NCBI RefSeq assembly: GCF_006345805.1
Contig: NC_042997.1
Location: forward strand, 174,654,001-174,718,000
Length of the DNA: 64,000 bases
Reading direction: 5' to 3'
From: Octopus sinensis
Taxonomy: Eukaryota
The notes beneath the pieces were generated by a model that saw only the letters and a program-made list of their open reading frames with translations, searched no databases and had not been told where the DNA came from. This document shows, in pieces, positions 53,428 through 64,000 of this stretch. How positions within the stretch are numbered: the first letter of the stretch is position 1; the number at the start of each line of letters is the position of its first letter. A program made the translations under genes and the position numbers.

Positions 53428-54743
53428 GTGTCCTTTTTTATAGACAGTAGGGTGTGATTTGATGGCGATTTTAACTACAACTACTACGATTATCAGGTCA
53501 ATAATCCGGCAGGGTTTCTGTTTGCATGAAAAATAGTATTGTATGTTCCCGGTACATTACAATACTCATTCGCTTACCCTGTCAACTCGAGTACAAAAAA
53601 TAATATTTCTCCTAACTAGATTTAGGCTGAGATTCTAGAAGGCCGAGGCTGTTATATGAATTTTGTTTGGTGTTACAACTGTGATTAGCTTAATCTCTAA
53701 AAATCATCAAAGAATACGCTGAGAGGCTGGAAATTGCATTCTCTCGTAGGCACTACATGGCCAAACCACTTGAATCATAATCATACAGTCCTCCTTCTTC
53801 CAGATATGGTATCGCTGTATTTTTTTTTTTTTAGCCAACGGAGTTAACTCCTATAAGGTTGGAGCTTTGATAGCAGTATCGACTTACTTTCAACCTTATC
53901 ATCCCAAATTTCTCATAGCAAACATGAAGAAAAAACCAAAGTAAACAAGAAATAAACAATTGGATTAGATTGGCGTGTTCCTGTCTAAGCAAGATATAAT
54001 ATGTTCTATTAAGAGGAGGGTAAACGGGGGGGGGCTGAATTAGACCTCTAATGCATCTATGCAATAATTTTAGATAATATTAGAGAATTTCGTGATCGTT
54101 TAATAGTGTATAAATTTATTTTTTTGTTACTAACATAAACACTATCATATTTCTTGTCAGGGGAGTCAAATATATTAGGTAACGGTTTGATTTATAAAGG
54201 GAAGCGTTCCTTTGATCAGTAGAACCGTATGCTACAATGAGTCAGTCATTAGCGTAATCTGCGATATTTACATCTCAGCAGGAATTTTACTGAAATGCTA
54301 CAGCTCACAAATCGATGGTCATCAATGATCTCAAGATTCTCGTTAGCTATCTTTCTCTTATTAAATTTTTTTCTTCTATATTTGTTTGTATATTTAACTC
54401 GGTGTTATCTCCTCTGTTACCATATACATGTGTGTGTGAGTGTGTGTGTGGAGGGGGGGATAGAAAGGCTATGCTATCTTCACGATAAGCAGGTTACTTG
54501 GTGGGGTTGTTGCATTTTAAGGTAATGGGGGCTATAGATGCGCCTCTCTTAAAGAATAGATTTTTCATTCAGACGTCCTATACTGTTAATTTCGTAATAT
54601 TGATGATGATGATAATGATGATGATGTTCTTGCTGGTGTCGTAGTTTTTATTATTGTTATTATCGTTGCTCTTGTCGATGGTGTTGTTCTTGCTGCTGCT
54701 GAGGAGGCAAAAGGCTTCCATAGAGAATTATATGTGCATGTAA

Positions 54744-54815
<72 letters not shown>

Positions 54816-55584
54816 TTACACATATATATATATATATGCATGTATATACATGTGTATGCATGTATCTATACATATATATATATGCAAGTATGTATATATA
54901 AATATACATATATAGGCATACATACATGCATACATACACAGAGGAGTAAATGTAAGGAAAAGCAAGTTAAACAGGTCGATATACAAATAATATTAAATGC
55001 TTTAAATACAAAAAAAGTATGTTGACATACAAGAAGGTCCGACTTACACAGGATCGAAATGATATCAAGAATTAAAGGGGTTGAAAAAGAGTAATAAAAA
55101 TCCCAAAAGCTGTTTATCCAAAATAATGGTTGTAAATTGATTTCATAGTCGGATGATACGATCCTCCGTCTTCAGGGAACAAATCTTACATTGACAGAAA
55201 TCTTACGTTGACAGAAAAGAGAAACCATTTTTATATAGATGGCCACTTATTGTAACCACCGAGTAGATTCTACTGTTATATTGTAGTATTTCAGACTCTG
55301 GAAACCAGACAAAACCGGCTGCACGGAGGACAGCCGCCAAGCACTGATGGCCAAGTCTATCGTAAGTGTCAGATTGTTCTATGTTTATTAACAATTCTCC
55401 CTATAATTATGCAACTTGTCATGGATAGGTGTACCGAGGACAGTTAATGCCTGTGCCTTCTCCCACTACCGATAGGCATCTGTTTCTTCGTGCTTTGGCC
55501 AAAATCTTGAGCTATGCAGGCTATATTGATATGAGCGGTAATTGTCGAGGATGATACTCACTTCTTATTACTGCCATACCTAAG

Positions 55585-55990
55585 CATTTTATCTGATCAC
55601 ATTCATCCTATGGTTGCGGAACGCTATCTTTCAGGAAGATAATGCTCCAATTCACACAGCTAAAGCTGTTCCTGAATGGCACGAGGAGCATTCAAGTGAA
55701 GTTGAGCATCTTATTTGGCCACCACAGTCCCCAGATCTCAATATTATTAAACATTCATGGTGCATTTTAGAAAAACAAGGAGTCGATATCCTCCACCATC
55801 ATCGCTACAAGAACTGGAGACTTTTTTAGCTGAAGAATGGACAAATATTCCTTTGGGAACAATTCAAACTTTGTACGAATCCATACCTTGTAGAATTCAA
55901 GTTGTAATTACTGCTAAATGCGCTCCTACACCATATTAAAATTAATTTATTTGAAATTCAAAGGTGTTTCCATTATTTTGTCCAACCCTG
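55585..55990 (+). pseudogene. Tc1-family transposase 3' relic with right end
   Basis: FQEDNAPIH...WPPQSPDLNII.H.W (ORF 55614..55829), then LQELE..L.EEW..IP...IQ.LYESIP.RI..VI.AK...TPY* (55757..55939). Ends TTATTTTGTCCAACCCTG. Confidence 0.9.
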
Positions 55991-56006
55991 TGTGTTGTGT
56001 GTGTAG

Positions 56007-56074
<68 letters not shown>

Positions 56075-56484
56075 TACTAGCTACAGGGCAGTATTAATAC
56101 TAATAGATAATATTGATCTCCAAATTAACGAGGCGATTGAGGTAGAACATACAATACAGCATAATATTATTTACTTTGAACGAATCTCTTATAAGGACTC
56201 GCGATGCATCGAAGCACTGAACATTATATCGCTAACAGACATGAATCGCCTGCTGCAGCCGCCAGAACTGCCAGATCACGTCATTTCACCCGACTGTGAG
56301 TTCCTCAGAGACGGATGTCCCGCAGCAACCTAACAGCCGAATTTCTCGTTAACGATATACAGGCAGTGGTATCACAAAGAGCCAGTGAGCTTACTAAAAA
56401 TTAAATTAATAACAACTGAAGCAGTGTGAATATTAAAATGTAATCTTGATCTCCAGCATAGGGTGGAGGATTGTTAGAACACAG

Positions 56485-56762
56485 GAGAATATATATATAT
56501 GTATATATTAGAAGATATGAAGTCCTCAGAAATCTGAATGGTTTTATATTTACATATATTTATTAGTATGTCACATGTTTATATATATATAGCACTTTCG
56601 TCCACTGTAGTGGAGTTGTCAGATTAGAGTGGACGAAAGCGCTAATATATATAAAAACATGTGACATACTAATGAATATCTGTAAATATAAAACCATCCA
56701 GATTTCTGAGCACCTCATTTCTTCTAATTTATAATACTTGTACATCTTCTCCAAACCTTCTA
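56485..56762. mobile_element. Inverted PLE-type pLTR pair with a hammerhead-like motif
   Basis: Arms CTCAGAAATCTG.ATGGTTTTATATTTACA...ATTAGTATGTCACATGTTT and its reverse complement. Minus 56626-56586: TAAT CTGACAA C TCCAC-TACA-GTGGA C GAAA GTGC TA. Plus arm: GTGGAC GAAA GCGC TA. Confidence 0.72.
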
Positions 56763-56769
56763 ATATATG

Positions 56770-56838
<69 letters not shown>

Positions 56839-56983
56839 ATATATATATATACACACATACACACACACATATATACATTTACATATATGTATGTGTGTGC
56901 GTGTATGTATACATATGTATGTAGATATATAATGTATACACACAAAAACACAGACACACAGAGGCGCACATACACACACACGC

Positions 56984-57042
<59 letters not shown>

Positions 57043-57414
57043 GAAACATATATTCATATACATACATATGCACATATACGCACACACATAAGAGTATTTA
57101 ATGAACTTTCTACAATCAGGGAAGACGAGGATTGTTATTCTTGATTTTGTTTCTTTTTCATCATTCCATTTTTTGCACCGAACTTCTTCACGTTTTTTTT
57201 TCCATATTTTATCTTACTTTCTTACTGTCTAGCGTCCATGTTTATTTTCAATTTTTAAACTATATGTGATGCAAAAACTGAGACTGACAGGTTGCTTTAA
57301 GATACATAGCGTATTTTATAAATACGCCTGTTCAAGTAACATAATAGCATGTAACTATTAGCAGCTCTTTCGGATGTGTATTTAATTTTACACACACACA
57401 CACACATATATGTA

Positions 57415-57492
<78 letters not shown>

Positions 57493-57494
57493 AC

Positions 57495-57606
57495 AAACTG
57501 GGACAAGAACGTGAAACATTTAGAAGACGACACAAAAAACACCGACGGGACTTTCGAAGCCCTCAGTCATCAGTCAAGAACCGGATCATCTTCGCAATTT
57601 CGGCTG

Positions 57607-57610
<4 letters not shown>
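57495..57610. mobile_element. Partial copy of the 9930-10632 element
   Basis: TGGGACAAGAACG...CAGTCAAGAACCGGATCAT...GCAATTTCGG shared; flanked by (TA)n. Confidence 0.8.
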
Positions 57611-57648
<38 letters not shown>

Positions 57649-57885
57649 TATATATATAACATCATACCATTAATTTCATTAATCTGGATAACGAAAACAT
57701 ATACCAGTAGAGAAGCAAGTCCGGAAAAATCCGAACTTTCGAGCCAGGTAACGAAATTGCCGAAACTGACGTCAGTATTAAGAATTCTCGATCGGAATTT
57801 TTCGGACGATTTAGATCCCTGTTAGCGTATATGTTTCCATTTATGTGCGTTGACTACAGCATTATAGCATATTAGCACTTATTTC

Positions 57886-58117
57886 TTATTTCTTTATTGC
57901 CCAAAAGGGGCTAAACACAGAGAGGACAAACAAGGACAGACAAACGGATTTAGTCGATTACATCGGACCCAGTGCGTAACTGGTACTTAATTTATCGACC
58001 CCGAAAGGATGAAAGGCAAAGTCGACCTCGGGGGACTTTGAACTCAGAACGCTACGGCAGACGAAATACCGCTAAGCATTTCGCCCGGCATGCTAACGTT
58101 TCTGCCAGCTCGCAGCC
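57886..58117 (-). mobile_element. SINE family B with TSD
   Basis: CATATTAGCACTTATTTCT on both flanks. Confidence 0.92.
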
Positions 58118-58275
58118 ATATTAGCACTTATTTCTAGCAACGTATGTGTGTCTAACACCCTAGTCACATTTAGTGACAATTATACTTCTCCTTTTTGGTG
58201 AAACATCGCAAACTGCTGTTTATGATAATTTTATACACACACACACTCACACACACATACACACACACACACACG

Positions 58276-58311
<36 letters not shown>

Positions 58312-58510
58312 TGTATGCATGTATTTAGAGAGTCAGACAGTCATACAGACGGAATCAGGAACAAATGGACAGGCAGACATACGTATACACGTTATTCCAT
58401 TTTGTTTTGTGTTGACTTCCTCTAACATTTCATCTCTACTTCACAATGCTTCAAATAACTATACTACTATAATGTCTGTCTGTATGCATAAATATATGTT
58501 TACATACATA

Positions 58511-58554
<44 letters not shown>

Positions 58555-59090
58555 CACACACAAACACATACGTACACATACATATGTATGTTATATGTAT
58601 ATGAATTTCGAAATTATTGACATTTATTTTGCTTGTTTTATGAAATATTTTATGAACACATATTTCTTGCAGTGAATGATCTTGTGTATAGGTATAAGGT
58701 CATTTTTCTGCAATAAATGCCTCTTAAACTACAATAAATGACAAGATTTAACATTGCTACCAGTGATATAATTCTCTTAATGTATTCTAATGAGATATGA
58801 AAGTATCGTAAAAACGCATTGTTAATTGTCTATTTATACTCCAGAAAAGCAAAAGTAATGTGAATGTTATAATACGTAGGCTTCAAACTTTAATTGATAT
58901 GGCTGGCAAAGGTCTGATTTTTCTATCAAATGAAGCATGAAATCTGTTTAAATAAAACTCGACTTTATTATTACAGTGGTTATAAAATAAGAGAAACCTA
59001 CTAAGCTCAAAGTAAGATTTACAATGGAGGTTCTTCATAGTCAGCTTAATGTATATATGGAACATTGTTGCTGTAATATACAGAGATATC

Positions 59091-59308
59091 AAGGCGGCGA
59101 GCTGGCAGAAACGTTAGCACGCCGGGCAAAATGCTTAATGGTATCTCGTCTGTCTTTTATGTTCTGAGCTCAAATTCCGCCGAGGTCGACTTTGCCTTTA
59201 ATCCTTTCGGGTTCGATAAATTAAGTATCACTTGCGTATTGGGGTCAATCTAATCGACTGCCCCCCACCAAAAAAACTTTCGGTCCTTGTACCTAGCCTA
59301 GACAAGAA
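59091..59308 (+). mobile_element. SINE family B, alternative-tail subtype
   Basis: Standard head and body, but the tail is CCCCCC...TTTCGGTCCTTGTACCTAG...AAGAATA, like the terminal unit at 28600. Confidence 0.85.
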
Positions 59309-59444
59309 TATACAAGGATACCTTTGTGTTGCAAAAGAAGCCTCTATGCGGTCGATGACTTACTCGAAATAGATACTAAACATACCTCTTATTACATACT
59401 ACCAACGTAAGTAAGGAATATATTAAAAAATATAAAATATGATC

Positions 59445-59820
59445 GGCGTGGATGTGTGGTAAGAAGTTTGCTTCCTAACCACATGGTTCCGGGTTCAGTC
59501 CCACTACATGACACTTTAGATAAATGACTTCTACTATAGCCTCGGGCCGACCAAAGATTGTGAGTGAATTTGGTAGACGGTATAAGAAGCCCGTCGTGTG
59601 CATGTATGTGTTTGTGTGTGTGTTTAATTTTGTGTGTCTTTGTGTCCCTCCCACCACCACCTGATAACCGATCATGGTGTGTTTACGTCCTCGTAACCGA
59701 GTGGTTGAACAATAGAGACTGATAGATAAGCAGTAAGCTTTAAAACATAAGTCCTAGGATCAATTTGTTCGACTAAAACCCTTCAGATCGATACCCCGGC
59801 ATAGCCTCAGTCGCATGACC
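59445..59820 (+). mobile_element. SINE family A, diverged
   Basis: GGCGTGGATGTGTGGTAAGAAGTTTGCTTCCTAACCACATGGTTCCGGGTTCAGTCCC plus body. Confidence 0.8.
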
Positions 59821-60089
59821 ACAGCTGGAAAGCATGTAATTATAAGCAATTATAGCCGATCATGGTTAGCCAAAAGTGCAAACTCTCTTCAGCCAAGTCT
59901 ATCCGACTTACCCTTTTCTTGTTCTCCCACTCCACTGAGCGTGTCTTACTTCCAATACTCTTCTCAAAAAACTGTCCACGCATATCTTTCTTCCTAGGAC
60001 TGCAATCAGCTGGAATTACCTATCTCCACAGACTTACCATGCAAACACACACTCACACAAGCGTGTTTGTTATTTGTGTGTGTGGTGTG

Positions 60090-60120
<31 letters not shown>

Positions 60121-60235
60121 ATATATATATATATATATTTATTTATATATGCACATATATATGTATGCACACACACATATATAGACAAAAGATAAAGATA
60201 GATAGTTAGGCAGGCAGGTAGAGAAGTAAGTAGAT

Positions 60236-60632
60236 GATAGATAGATAGATAGATAGATACATACATACATACATACATACATACATAGGCAGACAGGCAG
60301 GCAGGCAGGCATGCAGGTAGGCAGGTAGGCAAGTAGGTAGGTAGGTAGGTAGGTAGGTAGGTAGGTAGGTAGGGGGTAGGTAGGTAGGTAGGTAGGTAGG
60401 TAGGGGGTTAGGTTGGTAGGTAGGTAGATAGGTAGGTAGGTAGGTAGGGGGTAGGTTGGTAGGTAGGTAGATAGGTAGGTAGGTAGGTATGTAGGTAGGT
60501 AGGTAGGTAGGTGGGTAGGTAGATGGGTAGGTAGGTGGGTAGGTAGGTGGGTAGGTAGGTAGGTAGGTGGGTAGGTAGGTGGGTAGGTAGGTAGGTAGGT
60601 AGGTAGGTAGGTAGGTAGGTAGGTAGGTAGGT
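60236..60632. repeat. Compound tetranucleotide microsatellite GATA > CATA > GGCA > GGTA
   Basis: Direct reading; the (LPTY)n ORF is an artefact. Confidence 0.95.
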
Positions 60633-61577
60633 GTTTAATTTAAACAAAATTGGTTCCTCGTGACTTGTGTTTTACGTTACCATGATCGTTAGACGATTGC
60701 AGTGACGTGTAACTTGAGCTGTGATGAAGGAATATTGAACATAATGAAATCCTTGAGTTCTATCTTCAACATTTCTTTCACAAAAATTAACACTTGAATA
60801 TTTTATATACGCAGTGGTGGCAGTTTTTTTTCTTTAAAATGTCTTTCAAGCAATTTCTCGTCAATTGATAAACCCGTTTAAAAGAAAAGCTGGTGTAACA
60901 TATTACAAACAGTACACGAATCAAAATCACTGTAAGAAGATATTTCTTTGATAATACCACAATATAAATAGAAACTCAAGGAAAGTAAGAGAATAAAGAT
61001 GAGCTGCAAAAGCTTTATTAATACAAAGCAATCAGTAATGCAGCGAGCTGGTAGAATCGTTAGCTCGCTGGCCAAAATACTTAGAGGCATTTCGTGGATA
61101 TTCATGTTCTGGGTTCAAATTCCTCCAATGTCGAGTTTGCTTTTCATGCGCCGGAGTTGATAAAATAAGTAAGAGTTGAATACTAAGGACGTAATCGAAA
61201 TTGCCCATCCCTAAAATTGCTAGCCTTGTGACAAAATTTGCAGCCAGTATAAAGCCGCTGGTTTTCAACTGTGGTCCATGTGGCTCCTGGAGCTTTTTTT
61301 TTTTTTAGGTCCACACAAGCAAAACTGTATATTAGGGATCTCTAACGCTTTACATAATTCAACATGTTTCTGGCCATTGAAACATGTTCTCTCCGAGAGT
61401 TATATTGAAAACCTACACAAGAGAATGTATAAAAATAATACAGGGATTTTGAAAGAAGTATCTATAAAGTAGTTTTAAACATGAGGTGGCTATGGGGATC
61501 TATCAAAGTAAAAAGGGGATCAAAGGGATTCATAAGCTAAAAATGGTTCGGAATCACTGAATATTAGTCAATATATT

Positions 61578-61793
61578 AAGGCGGCGAGCTGGCAGAAACG
61601 TTAGCACGCCGGGCGAAATGCTTAGCGGTATTTCGTCTATTTCTGAGTTCAAATTCCGCCGAGGTCGACTTTGCCTTTCATCCTTTCGGGAGCCAATAAA
61701 TTAAGCACCAGTTACACTCTGGAGTCGATGTAATCGATTTAATGTCTTTGTTTGTCCCCTCTATGTTTAGCCCCTTGTGGGCAATAAAGAAAT
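61578..61793 (+). mobile_element. SINE family B with TSD (an older copy lies at about 61040-61240)
   Basis: TGAATATTAGTCAA at 61558 and 61795. Confidence 0.9.
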
Positions 61794-63391
61794 ATGAATA
61801 TTAGTCAAAAATGAACACAGAAAAACGGAAACCAAGAATGAGTATCTGTCAGGAAAAGTTAACAGCTAGCAAGTAATTCTATTTTATCCAGGGATGAGGA
61901 TTTTATGAATTATAGCATAATTAAGATTGATTTTGCTGTCTACTATCAAAACGCATCGAAGAGTAATCGCCACAACTCCATACGATAAGCCGGGATAAAG
62001 ACGGTCTATTATACTAGTGGTATTAGAAAGTTATCGTTCAAACTAAATATAAAAGACTTATATGGGGCTATAACAAATAATTATTTAAAAAATAAACTGA
62101 TTAAACTCGAACACAGTCGTGTCATCAACATGACATCTTTTACACAAACTTCAACAAGCGCGTGTGAGAGTGCACATATTCACACATAATATACAAGCAT
62201 ATGTTGATGTATGTGTGGGAGGTGTTTATTTATAAGTAGGCTAGGGTATTTCCAAGGAAGCACTCGACCCGAATACTGGGCTATCAACACTGTCGGGTTT
62301 CAAACCAATGCCGGAATTCCTCATGTGTAGAAAATCCAAGTTTCACGACGATTACACCGTAAAGTGGGTTTGGCGAAGAGTAAAAAATCCAAATGATAAA
62401 ATGAAGACAAAGAAAATTCTTTAACACATCCTTAATGGTTAAAGACATATATATATATATATACATGTGCATGCATACTTAAACATGTATAGTAATAAAC
62501 AAACACACATAGACGCTCACACACACACATGCACATGTACATACTTATAGGCATACGTGTGTGTGTGTTCCACAAAGTATAAAATTTATAAGCGCCAAAA
62601 CAGTCACTCCAACGGGCGGACGGAGAATGGAAATTAGAGAGGGGCATCTCGTGCGGATGGCTTTATGATAAACAATTAAATTAGCTAACATGTCGGTGCA
62701 TACATACATACATACTACATACATACATACATACATACATACATACATACACACTGACACAGACGCAGACACACACATATATATGTAGGTGTATTAGGTG
62801 TATATATATAATATATAAATGTATATAAATATATATGTACACACACACACCACACACACGCATGCATACCTATGTACAAATATATACACATCCTTTTTTC
62901 TCAAGTGCATTCTGTATATTAATTATATATATTTAATACGCCCCTTGGAATTCTAATGAGTGTTGTTAAATAATATTTTCATTATTCAACTTCCTAAAGA
63001 TAATTCTAGAGGTCTTCAATAAAATAGTGAACAACATCGTTTTTAAAATGTACTGGTAGGAGAAGGGCTACTGACTCAACTTACATACCATTCATTCTGA
63101 ATGTATAGCACATGATCACGAGACGGACATGAAACAAAACCGGGTATAACATAATTTACATACAATTATACAAACACGTATGTTCACACACAGAAGCACA
63201 CAGCCATACACACACAGATACGCAGAGAGACAGACGCGCACCCAACGTCACACAAACTGATGTATGCAATGATATGGTTATGCATAGACATATGCATGCA
63301 TGAGAGAGGAAAGTGAGAGAGTGAAAGAGAGTGTGGCAGCGTGAATATGTGTTTCTGTGTGAGTGCCTGCCTGAATGTGTGTGTGCGTGTG

Positions 63392-63444
<53 letters not shown>

Positions 63445-63447
63445 GTA

Positions 63448-63577
63448 GCATTCTTACCAACCACATGGTTCAGTCTCACGGCGTGGCACCTTGGGCAAGT
63501 GTCTTCTACTATAACCTCGGCCCGACCAGAGCCTTGTGAGTGGATTTGGTAGACGGAAACTGAAAGAAGCCCGTCAT
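63448..63577 (+). mobile_element. SINE family A, partial
   Basis: ACCACATGGTTCAGTC...GGCACCTTGGGCAAGTGTC...GTAGACGGAAACTGAAAGAAGCCCGTC. Confidence 0.8.
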
Positions 63578-63611
63578 ATATATATATATATAGTATACAA
63601 TGCCTGTTATG

Positions 63612-63711
63612 NNNNNNNNNNNNNNNNNNNNNNNNNNNNNNNNNNNNNNNNNNNNNNNNNNNNNNNNNNNNNNNNNNNNNNNNNNNNNNNNNNNNNNNNN
63701 NNNNNNNNNNN
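63612..63711. other. Assembly gap (100 N)
   Basis: Run of N. Confidence 0.99.
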
Positions 63712-64000
63712 ACCCACACTATATATATGTATATACATACATACATATATGCATACATGCATACATACAGTTGCAATACAACTTGAACTTCTCTTATTCT
63801 TTGACTGCAATTTTTACGTATCTTTGCTTTGTCAAGATGTATAATGCATGTATATATCTATGTGTGTGTGTGTGTTTATGTATGTATGTATGTATGTATG
63901 TATAATGTATGTATGATTGTTCGAGATTAGGAATGTTCGTGTTTGATGTGTATGTAAATATATATGCATCCGGTACTATTCATATATAACGTTGTACATT

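Noticed and set aside
55140-55180. Minus-strand CTGAAGA CGGA...TCCG motif
   Set aside because: No GAAA after stem II and no stem I.
60330-60632. G-quadruplex or telomeric array
   Set aside because: (GGTA)n has mostly GG runs and is not TTAGGG; an ordinary microsatellite.

Overview
This is eukaryotic, AT-rich, non-coding DNA that is almost entirely repeats. I found no host protein-coding exon, tRNA, rRNA or CRISPR array that I can support. Nearly every ORF in the supplied track is a translation of a microsatellite ((TA)n, (CA)n, (TATG)n, (GATA)n, (CAT)n, (TAA)n). The repeat families and the microsatellite density look like an Octopus (coleoid cephalopod) intron or intergenic region; that assignment is an inference from pattern recognition. 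Mobile elements present: at least four tRNA-headed SINE families (many with clear target-site duplications), decayed LINE fragments (R4/Dong-type REL, CR1/L2-type, Tx1/L1-type, RTE), Tc1 and mariner transposase relics, a Tc2/pogo-type MITE, a Helitron end, and a DINE-1/Helentron-like insert. There are also two recent local duplications and a 100-N gap. The most notable signal is a dispersed set of hammerhead-ribozyme (HHR) motifs of the Penelope-like-element (PLE) type, several arranged as head-to-head palindromes with no coding sequence. One, at 16182-16235, has a complete catalytic core. The second signal is a SINE family forming head-less tandem multimers through one exact, self-complementary junction at three separate loci. 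Element boundaries were read by eye and are approximate, to within tens of bp unless a motif is quoted.
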